A stretch of 64,000 bases of DNA from a virus (Duplodnaviria > Caudoviricetes). Within the stretch, counting starts at the first letter, position 1. Each line of letters starts with the position of its first letter. The position numbers were made by a program, and so were the translations under genes. Where the stretch lies: positions 426 through 64,425 of the IMG/VR virus record IMGVR_UViG_3300046673_000164, one strand, 5' to 3'. Below, piece by piece: positions 35,235-44,511 of the stretch. A model generated the notes under the pieces. The model was not told the DNA's origin and searched no databases. It saw only the letters and a list, made by a program, of their open reading frames with translations.

Positions 35235-35455
35235 AGTCTCGCCCGTTCCTTCTCGACCGTCTTTTTCCCATGCTTTGCTGCCCACCGCAGCACGGCCCGC
35301 CGGTCGTAGCGGATTGCGTCCCGGTGGTCGCCTGGGATGCGGACATAAGGCATCCCCTCGAACCGCCGCCAGTGTCGTATGGTCACGATCTTCATTCCGA
35401 ACATCACGGCCAGCATGCCATCCGTCATCAAGTTGCGTAGCACGCGCTCTTTCAT
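35231..35455 (-). CDS. MerR/excisionase-like HTH protein
   Basis: LAVMFGMKIVTIRHWRRFEGMP...IRYD...V.RW. Confidence 0.65.
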   Translation of the reverse strand: MKERVLRNLMTDGMLAVMFGMKIVTIRHWRRFEGMPYVRIPGDHRDAIRYDRRAVLRWAAKHGKKTVEKERARL

Positions 35456-35625
35456 CGCAGCACCTCGTCCTCGTCGATCTCTAGTTGGCATACGTAGCAG
35501 CGGGACATTATCTCCCGCAGCTTCACAATCTCATCCGCGGCCTGCTCCATCAAAGAAGCCGCTCCGCCCATCCCCTGACGTCCGAATCCAGATCGCCATT
35601 CCCGAAGCTTCTCGACTAAGCTCAT
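35452..35625 (-). CDS. Small hypothetical protein (57 aa)
   Basis: Read manually: GGAGG RBS, MSLVEKLREW...EQAADEIVKLR; ATGA overlap. Confidence 0.55.
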   Translation of the reverse strand: MSLVEKLREWRSGFGRQGMGGAASLMEQAADEIVKLREIMSRCYVCQLEIDEDEVLR

Positions 35626-35861
35626 ATGTCCTCCAGTATGCTGAACTCTCCCCGCCTGCGGTACAAGCTATGGCCGACCTTATCGAAGATGGCCACATGC
35701 CCGCTCTTGTTTCTTTCTGGTCCATCGGATCACTCCTCAATACTCCTATTATACAAGCAGGCGGGAAAGAATCAAAACTAAAGTTTGTTTTGGATAATTT
35801 CCGGGTCGAGGGTATATTAAAGGGTAGTCGATCAGGAAGGGTAAGCAAACATGAAACAAAT

Positions 35862-35939
35862 AGCCGCGCGCAGCATCGAGCAGCTCTCGCAAGAGGCTTA
35901 CTCTAGCCCTGATCGGCAAGCTGCGCGCGGCTTCTTTTT
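35862..35939 (+). terminator. Long hairpin plus U-tract (attenuator/terminator-like) after a divergent promoter region
   Basis: AGCCGCGCGCAGC...GCTGCGCGCGGCT followed by TCTTTTT. Confidence 0.5.
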
Positions 35940-36552
35940 CGCCTCAAGGGAAGTGGTCCAGGATTGCAAATCCGGTCCCGCCAGCCCGTCCCGGGAGCAT
36001 TGCCCGGGTGAGGCGCTGACTTGCTCAATGACGACGGAAGCACGCACTACGCCAACACGGCACTACGCACTCGCTTCCGGTAGAGTGAGCCTGCCACTCC
36101 AAAGGGAAGCTGCTACCGACCGCCCAGCCCACTACGCATTATCCACGCACTATCGGGCTCCTGCGATCATCGGCAACAGAACAGCTTTGGTTACCACCTG
36201 GCATGCTGAGCACGCTAGACGAAGTCTCTGCATAGGAGAAGGACGACCCCACAACTTAATTCCCGGCAACGGCCACCATACGCCCGGGTGCTCGATCAGC
36301 CCTTCCCCGTTGATTGCAAGCCTCAGTAGTCTAGAAGCCGATCTCTGTCGGTTAACCGCTTTGTCTCTGTTCCCCAATATGTTCTTACTACCTGCCCCCG
36401 TTCTCGACCGCTAAAGCGTCAGAACTACGGTAAGCCTAGAACAATTTGAGGAGTAAAGATCGAGTGGAATGGGGGTGGGTCTAATATAAGGAAGAAGTGG
36501 AAGTATGAACACGCAAAGGCAATGGATTACTTGACGCATCAAAAGGAGAAAA

Positions 36553-37131
36553 ATGATGGCGAATTGTGAGCTATGCGGCGAACCGATGCCGGCTGGAGAA
36601 GAGATGTTCAAGTTCCATGGTTACAGCGGAAACTGTCCGAAACCGCCTCTGTCCATGGCGCAGCGTAAGATTGTTATTCAACCCAGTCCGACTGCGGACA
36701 CCAGGACATGCGACTGGAGCAAGGTAACGAAAGAGCAACTGTTTGCGTCAAGCAAACAGCACATCGAAGATGTAGGTCGTGGACTGTCGTTTTTTATCAG
36801 TATGATGGCTCATGCTCGCCTCAACCACGACTACGACAAGTTATCTGGCATAGATGCCTTCCACGCAGACTTTCAAACCGGATTCAAGCAGACAGGATGG
36901 TGGGACAATCACCGCAAGGAGAGTCGTCACCACCTGAACGTAGCGGATGGTATACCGGCGGACGTCAATCTCATCGACATTATCAAGTATGTCGTTGACT
37001 GCGTCATGGCCGGCATGGCTCGCAGCGGAAGCGTCTATGAACTGAAGCTTCCGGACGAAGTGCTGCGGCGAGCATTCGCCAATACGGTCGAGCTTCTGAA
37101 AAATAAAGTAGTGGTGAGTCAGGTAAGTTAG
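36553..37131 (+). CDS. HD-like (DUF5662-like) protein with N-terminal Cys knuckle
   Basis: CELCG...C; H...HDYDK...H...RHH...D pattern; AAGGAG RBS. Confidence 0.55.
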   Translation: MMANCELCGEPMPAGEEMFKFHGYSGNCPKPPLSMAQRKIVIQPSPTADTRTCDWSKVTKEQLFASSKQHIEDVGRGLSFFISMMAHARLNHDYDKLSGIDAFHADFQTGFKQTGWWDNHRKESRHHLNVADGIPADVNLIDIIKYVVDCVMAGMARSGSVYELKLPDEVLRRAFANTVELLKNKVVVSQVS

Positions 37132-37166
37132 TGCCCACGCAAACTATGGGCGGGAGAAACTATAGT

Positions 37167-38108
37167 ATGGACATACAAGAGCTGCTTAAAGACCGGGGCG
37201 TGCCTTTCGTCGAAGAGGGGAACAACGTCAAACGCGGTTATGTAAATATCAAGTGTCCTTGGTGTGGAGAAGCTGACCCTAGCGAGCATCTTGGCATCGA
37301 CCTAAAGACCGGGGCCTTCGCCTGCTGGAGGAACACGCAGCATAGAAGCAAGAGAATCCACGGCCTATTGATGAAGCTGCTGGGTTGCTCCTGGGAAGCT
37401 GCCCAGGTCCTACTTAGTGACACGAGCAATCTTCAGACCATCGCAGACCGCCTTTTTCCCAAGCAGGAGGAGTCCGCCGCAGAAGAGAAGCTGACAATTC
37501 CGTCGGGCCTCGAACCGTTGACCATGAAGCCGTCGCATAGGCGGTTTTACGACTATTTGCTTAGGCGGGGTTACACCTACAACGACGTTCCGGTCATGGC
37601 CAAGCTCTATGGCTTGAAGTGCGCGCTGACCGGCCGTTTCAAGAATAGGATTGTCTTCCCGGTCGTCGTCGATGGTGAGACAATCGGCTGGACTGGACGG
37701 TGTATCGACGGCGGGAAGTTCCGCTATTTGTCCTACCCGGGACCAGTTGTAAAGCACAACATCTTGTGGAGAGACTTGCTGCTGGCCGGCGGACGAAAGC
37801 TCTATATTTGCGAGGGACCGTTCGACGCCCTACGCGTCGACTATTGCTCTCATCAGCTCGGAGTCCCGAACAGAGCCACCTGCCTGTTCGGAATTTCATA
37901 CACCGCCGACCAACTAGCAAAGATAGCCGAGCTGGCTACGGAGTTCTCTCACGTCCAGGTGCTGTTTGACCACGACGCGACCGCTGCCGGAATGAAGCTG
38001 CGGGAGGAACTGGCCTACTTGCGGGCTGGAATAATGACACTACCGGAGTGGCTCAAGGACCCCGGCGAGCTGTCGTGGACACAAGTCGGAGAGATGGCAA
38101 ATCCTTAG
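37167..38108 (+). CDS. DNA primase (Zn finger plus TOPRIM)
   Basis: CPWC...H...CW zinc finger, RIVFP, GWTGR, CEGPFD, FDHD, KDPG. Confidence 0.88.
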   Translation: MDIQELLKDRGVPFVEEGNNVKRGYVNIKCPWCGEADPSEHLGIDLKTGAFACWRNTQHRSKRIHGLLMKLLGCSWEAAQVLLSDTSNLQTIADRLFPKQEESAAEEKLTIPSGLEPLTMKPSHRRFYDYLLRRGYTYNDVPVMAKLYGLKCALTGRFKNRIVFPVVVDGETIGWTGRCIDGGKFRYLSYPGPVVKHNILWRDLLLAGGRKLYICEGPFDALRVDYCSHQLGVPNRATCLFGISYTADQLAKIAELATEFSHVQVLFDHDATAAGMKLREELAYLRAGIMTLPEWLKDPGELSWTQVGEMANP

Positions 38109-38120
38109 TTTGTATATCTA
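38109..38120 (+). promoter_or_regulatory. Recurring promoter-like motif TTTGTATATCTA
   Basis: Same 12-mer as at 15076 and 23197, oriented with the plus-strand gene; AAGGAGG follows. Confidence 0.6.
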
Positions 38121-38139
38121 AGCAAAGGAGGGTCAAAGC

Positions 38140-38496
38140 ATGACCAAAAAAGCTGTAAAAAAGAAGCTGGTTCTGTCTTTAGATTTTGTTTGGAAAATCC
38201 GACTGGGGCTGCGTGCTGAGGGCGACAAGCTGCGTGCTGAGGGCGACAAGCTGTGGGCTGAGGGCAACAAGCTGTGGGCTGAGGGCAATAAGCTGTGTGC
38301 TGAGGGTAACAAGCTGTGTGCTGAGGGTAACAAGCTGTGGGCTGAGGGCGAAAAGCTGTGGGCTGAGGGCGAAAAGCTGTGGGCTGAGGGTATTATCGCA
38401 GCTTTCGGAAATATCACTGTAGAATGGAAGAACTACAACAAAGAGAAACACGACTACGAATGCCATCTGGGAAACGGCGAAGTCTATAAGCCCTAG
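38140..38496 (+). CDS. Heptad-repeat protein (xKL[WRC]AEG)n
   Basis: Eight full heptads and one partial. Confidence 0.75.
   Translation: MTKKAVKKKLVLSLDFVWKIRLGLRAEGDKLRAEGDKLWAEGNKLWAEGNKLCAEGNKLCAEGNKLWAEGEKLWAEGEKLWAEGIIAAFGNITVEWKNYNKEKHDYECHLGNGEVYKP
38208..38391 (+). repeat. 21-bp tandem repeat
   Basis: gctgagggcnanaagctg(t/c)g(g/t) units in head-to-tail array. Confidence 0.9.
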
Positions 38497-38581
38497 CAAT
38501 CGATTCTACGCCCCGATAGGGTTTCGGGGAATAAAATCCCGCCCCCGGTCGCGGATCGCGTTAGACGCGAAACCAGACGGC

Positions 38582-39049
38582 TTAAATCGAAGGATAAGGG
38601 TTTGGGGTTGGCCACTTCCCCGCCGGGCATTGTCCGATCCGTTGCAGCACCGCCAGCGGCGGCTTGTTCTCACGCTGCTTGATCTCGTTCGTACAGCCTG
38701 CGAGGCACTGCGGCGGAAACGATTGCTCGGGCTGGCACTTTCGCCCATTGCAACAGACCGTAGGGAACGTCACCGCCTCGCCATAATGCTCGCACACTTG
38801 GCACATCGCCGCGTGGTCCGCTTGCTCCTCGGGAGTTCGTTCTGGATATCCGGCCGCCATCCACGTGGCAAGTTGCTGAATGAACGGTTGGCACTGGTCG
38901 AGCGTCAGGCCAAGACGTTCGGCTGCGGGGAGCAGGTCGGGCGACTTCGGGCAGTTGCGTCTTGGCCACTCGCAAATGTCCGGCCGTGTCCACTGCCAAC
39001 CGCAGTTGACGCAAGCTGTCTTTTCGGCGTTGGGGATGCAGTAAAACAT
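38582..39049 (-). CDS. Cys-rich hypothetical protein
   Basis: CVNCG, CQVCEHY, QCPAGKW motifs; last gene of the tail operon. Confidence 0.6.
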   Translation of the reverse strand: MFYCIPNAEKTACVNCGWQWTRPDICEWPRRNCPKSPDLLPAAERLGLTLDQCQPFIQQLATWMAAGYPERTPEEQADHAAMCQVCEHYGEAVTFPTVCCNGRKCQPEQSFPPQCLAGCTNEIKQRENKPPLAVLQRIGQCPAGKWPTPNPYPSI

Positions 39050-39645
39050 CAGACTGCGTTAACCACACACGCGGTACTGGTGATATTGCAGTAGGAACCG
39101 CCACCCGCATACGGAACGGAGAGATTATTCCACGCACTACAGTCGGGTTTGCTAGCGCCAAGGTCGATTCCGCATACGCTCCATGAAGTATCGATACAAC
39201 CTGGACCTGATAGGTAATTGGGATCACTTTGGATGCTGCTAAACACAACTAATTGGTAGTGTCCAATGCCCGACATGACTCCCAACCGAGCGTAGAGATA
39301 TAAAGCTCCGCACATCGGTTGTGAATAGGTATGTTGCCACCAACACCCGGGACAATTCGTCCCCAATTTCAAGTACGTTGTCACAAAGGTATTATTAAAG
39401 TCTGCGCAGTGACTTCCCGAGCATGTTGATGGGGTGTTTTCTTGCCATAGAGAATACGTGATAGCGAGCGATGGTGTTGCACCAGAACAATTAGTGCATA
39501 ATGGAACCGCGCAACACCTCCTCCGCCCCATCCCCCTCTCGCCACTCGGCATCCGCTCCATCGCGTACCACGGCCGCGGCACGGCGATAGAATCGTCAGC
39601 CACAAGAAGCCCAGATGGTCGGCGGTTGAAATGTCGCTTGGCCAT
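39049..39645 (-). CDS. Cys-rich tail-associated protein
   Basis: Start MAKRHF; RRRCC...CTNC; about 14 Cys; AT-richer DNA. Confidence 0.55.
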   Translation of the reverse strand: MAKRHFNRRPSGLLVADDSIAVPRPWYAMERMPSGERGMGRRRCCAVPLCTNCSGATPSLAITYSLWQENTPSTCSGSHCADFNNTFVTTYLKLGTNCPGCWWQHTYSQPMCGALYLYARLGVMSGIGHYQLVVFSSIQSDPNYLSGPGCIDTSWSVCGIDLGASKPDCSAWNNLSVPYAGGGSYCNITSTACVVNAV

Positions 39646-39646
39646 G

Positions 39647-40780
39647 TCAGGATTGCGGGCAAGCACCGGCCGATGAGCAAGGCCCGTCGATGACCCGCCA
39701 GTTGCCCGCGTCATCACGAACGCACGTTGTCTGGTCGGTGCTCGCGCCGAGGTTGCAGTTGTAATTTGTGACGCTGATCGTACTGCCTGGTGACACCCCA
39801 CTGTCGAGAACGTATGTAATCGTGAGCGTGAATGTTGCGTTCGCCGAGACCTGGCTGTTTGACCCGCGCACCATGTGCGCTATGACGTCGCAGTCTGTGA
39901 TGACGTAGGTGTTTGCCACCTTGTCCAGCATCATAGTGGCTTGCGAGCCCGTTACGGTATCAAAACCGTTAGCGTCGATCGCCGGGCTGGTCGAGGAGCT
40001 AACCGTGTCGCTCGTGAGCATGGAGCCGCCATCTATCGTTGTGCAGCCCGTAATACTCGTTGGAAACTTACTGCCGTCCACGGCGGCAACCGTGCCCTTG
40101 ATCCACTGGGAAAGCTGCTCGGCGGCAACCACTACATTGTCGTCATTGATCCAGACGATATCCCCCCGCCCGTCTCCGGACGCGCCTGGGCTGGCATCGT
40201 GTCCAAGAGAATAGAACGACGCGCTTGGATCGTAAACCGTGATAAGGTTGCTGGTATCGGCATAGGTTGGGTCGATAAAAGTGTGGGTTGACGGGTCAAT
40301 AGCTACGATCCAGCCCGTGGCACTGGTTACGCTGCCATCGCTACTCGGCTTGAGCGTTGTCTTGAGTTCGACCGCGTGAAGGCTGGCTTTCACCAACTGC
40401 GCTAGCATGATCTTGTTGCTACTGTCCGTCACGCCCTCAACGGTTAAGCAGCCGGGGTTCCCGTTTGCAGTGGCCGTTCCCTGGCCGGACTTCGGACCCC
40501 ACACATCGCCACAGGAGGGCGTCGCCGAGGAATCATAGGCCACAAGAACAGATTGGCCTGGCAAGCAGCACCTCCCATATTTTCCCGCTGCCACGGACAC
40601 GAGGCCGTTGACCGCATAGATGGCTCCAACCGTCGAGTCTGGCTGCTGGCCCTGGCGATAGGCGGCTCCGTTTATCATCTGGATACCGGAGACGCGGAAC
40701 AGCTCGAACGGTCCAACAGACGCCGATCCGACGTTGATCCAGGGCTTCCAATCGAAGTTCCGTAGTGGCCTGCCGCTCAT
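39647..40780 (-). CDS. Tail fibre/tip-associated protein
   Basis: Ser/Thr/Gly-rich, distal tail position. Confidence 0.55.
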   Translation of the reverse strand: MSGRPLRNFDWKPWINVGSASVGPFELFRVSGIQMINGAAYRQGQQPDSTVGAIYAVNGLVSVAAGKYGRCCLPGQSVLVAYDSSATPSCGDVWGPKSGQGTATANGNPGCLTVEGVTDSSNKIMLAQLVKASLHAVELKTTLKPSSDGSVTSATGWIVAIDPSTHTFIDPTYADTSNLITVYDPSASFYSLGHDASPGASGDGRGDIVWINDDNVVVAAEQLSQWIKGTVAAVDGSKFPTSITGCTTIDGGSMLTSDTVSSSTSPAIDANGFDTVTGSQATMMLDKVANTYVITDCDVIAHMVRGSNSQVSANATFTLTITYVLDSGVSPGSTISVTNYNCNLGASTDQTTCVRDDAGNWRVIDGPCSSAGACPQS

Positions 40781-40781
40781 G

Positions 40782-42509
40782 CTATCTCCAGTGCCTATGC
40801 TCTTTCCAGGCCCTTGTCTTCTCCGAAGCGGTATCGTCCCGCAGCCTCTCCTTCATTCGCTCGATCAGGCGACGCTCGTCCTTACTCTGCACTAGCGTCC
40901 TGCGCTCGTTGTTCCGGCATGCCGTAGTCTTCGGCCCGTCCTTACCCACGCTCCAGGTCACATGCTGGATCGCCCCGTCAAGATCGACGTACCGCAGTGA
41001 TCCATAGGTCACAGTCTGGGGGGTCTTCTGCGCATAGCTTTGAACGATGGCGTCCCAATAGTACTTTGCCTGTTGTTGGGCATCCTGCTGGTTGTCGGTC
41101 GTGTTCTGGTAGTTAATCGTGTCAGTACTACCCTTGGAGTAGTGGGCGACGATCTGTGGTTGCACGTCCTCGAATATATCGAAACGGGTGTCGGTTCCTA
41201 GCTGGTTGCCGGTCTGCCACGAATAGTACATCCGCACCGGAGAGAATAACTGCTCGTCGAGGATGGTACATGCGGTCCGCAGCCAGAGCTTGGCCGCGCT
41301 GTAGGTCTGGGCCGATTCATCGTACAGATAGATCGGCTCGCTGAAGATCACCACGCACTGCTTCTCGTCGATGTAGAAGTGGACGTGGTTGACCTCCTGA
41401 TCTGCGTTTGTTGGATCAACTCCGCCGACCGTCGCCATGCTCTTAGTAATGTCCTCCAGCTCGCTGAAGTAGTTGCCGTAGACGGCCGCCGGTTTGGCCC
41501 GCTTCTGCTCCTGTGGGACATTGGCCGGCTGGTCAGTCACGGTCTCGACCTGCTGGGGCTCCAGATGTAGCTTCCAATAGTCGGTCAGCGTGGCATCCTT
41601 GTTTCCCTGCGAATCCGAGTAGCCGTGAATCTGGCAGGGGAACACTATACGATAGTAGCGAAAGACGGACCGCATCGCCAAGTCGTGGTTGCTCAGGCTG
41701 GTAGCCATCAAGCTTGGGAAGTCATCGGGGTCTTCGTTGCCCCACCCTCCCGCCGGCGTGTAACTAAGTTGGTCGATGGGCACCAGCTTCGGGGTCGATC
41801 CCTGCTCGATGCCCACAGCCTCAAGCTGGAAGTCTTCCTGAAACCGAATCTTGGCCGAGACGATAGCAATGGAGTCAGGAGCGCTCCACACGTCCATCGA
41901 CAAAGAATTGGTCAGCACGTCGAAGCCTTCGGGCAGGTCCGCCCCGACTCCGACCTGGCAGAGCTTCACCGTATCGTCGAGCCCCAACACGACGATGAAC
42001 CCAAGCTCGTCACACAACTTAGCTAGGGCCTCGGCCGGCAGCGTGAAGTCCCACAAGCACTCAGGCCGCGTGTCGGAAGGCAGTGAGCCTAGATCGTAGT
42101 TATCCTCTCCCATTTTCTTCAGGATGACCTTCGCCAAGTCGGTAGGCGTCATCTCGGTGCTGGGAATAATCTTGGCCTGCTCATCCGCAGGGTCTCGGAG
42201 GTTGGCATAGGTGCAGATCGCGTTCCCACCCCCATGCCGCTGCCACATCCAGCGGCGATCGCGTATAGTCAGCTTCCAAACCAGCCCATCATGGTTCAGC
42301 TCGAAGCTATTGGTGTCCAGCTTGCAATCTTTGAAGGTGATCGTCGTGTCACCGTCGGAGAAGACCAGGTCGCCGATCGTGTCGGTGAAGTCGGCCTGCG
42401 GGGCAATCTCAAGGATCGCCGATGAGGGAGTGATGCCCGTCGTGAAGCTCATCGAGCATCGCAACACTTGTCGAATGCCGGGGAAGTTGCATATCGCGAA
42501 GTTTCCCAT
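40782..42509 (-). CDS. Tail tip/baseplate hub-like protein
   Basis: 575 aa, downstream of the tape measure gene. Confidence 0.55.
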   Translation of the reverse strand: MGNFAICNFPGIRQVLRCSMSFTTGITPSSAILEIAPQADFTDTIGDLVFSDGDTTITFKDCKLDTNSFELNHDGLVWKLTIRDRRWMWQRHGGGNAICTYANLRDPADEQAKIIPSTEMTPTDLAKVILKKMGEDNYDLGSLPSDTRPECLWDFTLPAEALAKLCDELGFIVVLGLDDTVKLCQVGVGADLPEGFDVLTNSLSMDVWSAPDSIAIVSAKIRFQEDFQLEAVGIEQGSTPKLVPIDQLSYTPAGGWGNEDPDDFPSLMATSLSNHDLAMRSVFRYYRIVFPCQIHGYSDSQGNKDATLTDYWKLHLEPQQVETVTDQPANVPQEQKRAKPAAVYGNYFSELEDITKSMATVGGVDPTNADQEVNHVHFYIDEKQCVVIFSEPIYLYDESAQTYSAAKLWLRTACTILDEQLFSPVRMYYSWQTGNQLGTDTRFDIFEDVQPQIVAHYSKGSTDTINYQNTTDNQQDAQQQAKYYWDAIVQSYAQKTPQTVTYGSLRYVDLDGAIQHVTWSVGKDGPKTTACRNNERRTLVQSKDERRLIERMKERLRDDTASEKTRAWKEHRHWR

Positions 42510-43774
42510 TAGAACGTCAGCTTAGTTCCTGCGGCCACGTTCAGCGTAATATCCCCGACCTCACAGTCGGCGGAGAACGACATGCCATTGGTCAAGGTCA
42601 CGAGGTGATAGGGGTCGTTGTAGACAGCTTTCTTGTAGACCCACAGCGTGGTGATCGTAGAAGCCGTCAATCCCTGGCTGTGATCGTAGGTCCCGATGAG
42701 GTTGACCATGTCAAGCGTTCCTCCGCCATAATCGATCAATGTTCCTCCGATATTGATCGGGCTTCCGGTTATACTGGCCCCCGACATCAAGTACAGGATG
42801 CCTGCGGTCTGATTCAAATTGATGAAGTTGTTGTTTGTGTAGATCGTTCCCCCGCTCTGAGTAATCTCCAATCCGGCCCCCCCGATTCCGCCCGTGGCGC
42901 CGGAACCAAGCCATACGCTGGAATCGCCTAACATGTTGTTGACAAATCCGACATTCAATTGCCTGAGAACCGCGACCTCATCCGCGAAATAAGCCACCCC
43001 GACGCTTCCCTTCTGCCCCGTCAGGCTGTTCGCGGAAGCGTGGGTTCCCTTGATTAGCACCGCCGGGACGTCGTTTTCCAGACCGCTGGCCGAGTTCCAC
43101 ACCGTGCAGTTGTACGCAGCGGTTCCGAAGTCGATCTTAATCCTTCCGGACCCATTGCCCGGTCCGATCCCGATGGCGCAGGTTGTCGCCCCAATCTGGA
43201 AGTAAGTCGGTCGATATTCCCTATAAATGCTGCTCCCGGTCCCGGCCGTGTTCGGCAGCCCAATCTGCCCGATGAACGTCCCGGTGATCTTTAAGTAGGC
43301 CAGGGTCACCGCGGAGAGAGCGGACAAATCGTACAACATGCTCGCGGCGCTGTTATCGAAGATAAGCGTATCGCCGGTCGTCGGCAGCGATCCGGTACTG
43401 TAGTTGGCCGCCACGGAGGCCACCGCGGGGCCGCTGTTTGCCGTTACGGCGCTGTAGGAGCCTAGCGTTCCCGATCCGCCGCTGACAGAGCTGGTCGCCG
43501 TGAAGGGCTTGCCCGCAGCGTCCGCCGTTCCCTGAATCACGCCGTTACTGGGATTGCTCCAGGTGATCTCCGTGAACTCTGGTATTGTGCTAGCGTTCAA
43601 TACCGTGACGAGGTTAGTGGCCGTTATGGTCGTGCTGGTCGCCCCAACCGCGGAAACGACCTTACCGTTGATCGTGATATTGTAGGTGGTGGAGGCGTCG
43701 TAGCCCGTAACCGTGAAAGTTCCGACCTGGGCGACCGCCGGCGCGTCTCCTCGCCAGATGATAGTGGAAGGCAT
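42509..43774 (-). CDS. Virion structural protein (Gly/Thr/Ser-rich, beta-rich)
   Basis: 421 aa; tail-module position. Confidence 0.6.
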   Translation of the reverse strand: MPSTIIWRGDAPAVAQVGTFTVTGYDASTTYNITINGKVVSAVGATSTTITATNLVTVLNASTIPEFTEITWSNPSNGVIQGTADAAGKPFTATSSVSGGSGTLGSYSAVTANSGPAVASVAANYSTGSLPTTGDTLIFDNSAASMLYDLSALSAVTLAYLKITGTFIGQIGLPNTAGTGSSIYREYRPTYFQIGATTCAIGIGPGNGSGRIKIDFGTAAYNCTVWNSASGLENDVPAVLIKGTHASANSLTGQKGSVGVAYFADEVAVLRQLNVGFVNNMLGDSSVWLGSGATGGIGGAGLEITQSGGTIYTNNNFINLNQTAGILYLMSGASITGSPINIGGTLIDYGGGTLDMVNLIGTYDHSQGLTASTITTLWVYKKAVYNDPYHLVTLTNGMSFSADCEVGDITLNVAAGTKLTF

Positions 43775-43777
43775 TTG

Positions 43778-44509
43778 CTATATCCTTTGTCCGTTGATAG
43801 GCATCATTGCGGGAGGAGGAGTCGGCACCACATTGCCGGGAGCATAGGCAAACGAGAACACGTAGGTCCAGTTGATTACCCGCTTGCCATATAAGTCCGA
43901 AGGAAGCTCGGGGGTCACCTGCCGCTGGTCCTGATGTTCGTTCCAAGGCCAGATTGGACCTGGAGGCGTGATGTAGATTCCATTGCTTCCCGTCGCTGAT
44001 CCGTGCTGGGTCACGTGGCACACGGAATACTGCTGGAGAATCTGCTGCACGGGAGGCCCGTTGAGGTATTCCTGATACTTCCAAACCGGCCCGCCGGTCC
44101 CGCGATAGGAAAGATTCTGAGTCCAGCTTAGCAGGTCGCCGTCGAGGTCATAGGGGAACTCCGCCTCCAGGGCAAGATGGTAGTGACGGTAGGTACTGAA
44201 CTCCGCCCCACGGCCCTCGGGAAAGCTAGGAGGAGTTACCACCCGCACGCCATTCAGCGTGTCCGATGACCGCATGCCATTCACCGTCCCGGCAAACACA
44301 AGGTCATAGCCGTTATGCGAGTATGCGGTCATCAAGTCGGCGATGGCAGAGTTCACATGGTCGGTGTCGATGGCGGTCAGCAGGCCAAGCACGTCCCACC
44401 GCTCCTTGACGGCATACTGCTTGCCCAGGTCGCTGAAGATGCCCTCGCGGCTGATCGCGATCTGGCATTCCCCAGGCTGGTGCGTATATCCGCCATATTG
44501 TAGTTGCAT
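43778..44509 (-). CDS. Distal tail protein-like
   Basis: Immediately follows the tape measure gene. Confidence 0.5.
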   Translation of the reverse strand: MQLQYGGYTHQPGECQIAISREGIFSDLGKQYAVKERWDVLGLLTAIDTDHVNSAIADLMTAYSHNGYDLVFAGTVNGMRSSDTLNGVRVVTPPSFPEGRGAEFSTYRHYHLALEAEFPYDLDGDLLSWTQNLSYRGTGGPVWKYQEYLNGPPVQQILQQYSVCHVTQHGSATGSNGIYITPPGPIWPWNEHQDQRQVTPELPSDLYGKRVINWTYVFSFAYAPGNVVPTPPPAMMPINGQRI

Positions 44510-44511
44510 GA

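Noticed and set aside
35231-35455. Evidence for a lysogeny module
   Set aside because: Excisionase-like HTH only; no integrase, att site or CI-like repressor recognised in the window
35851-36414. 187-aa plus-strand ORF as a confident gene
   Set aside because: Spans a terminator-like hairpin and short repeats, with no recognisable motif; left uncalled
38208-38391. Possible CRISPR array or DGR variable region
   Set aside because: Head-to-tail 21-bp in-frame coding repeats with no unique spacers; no cas or reverse transcriptase gene in the window
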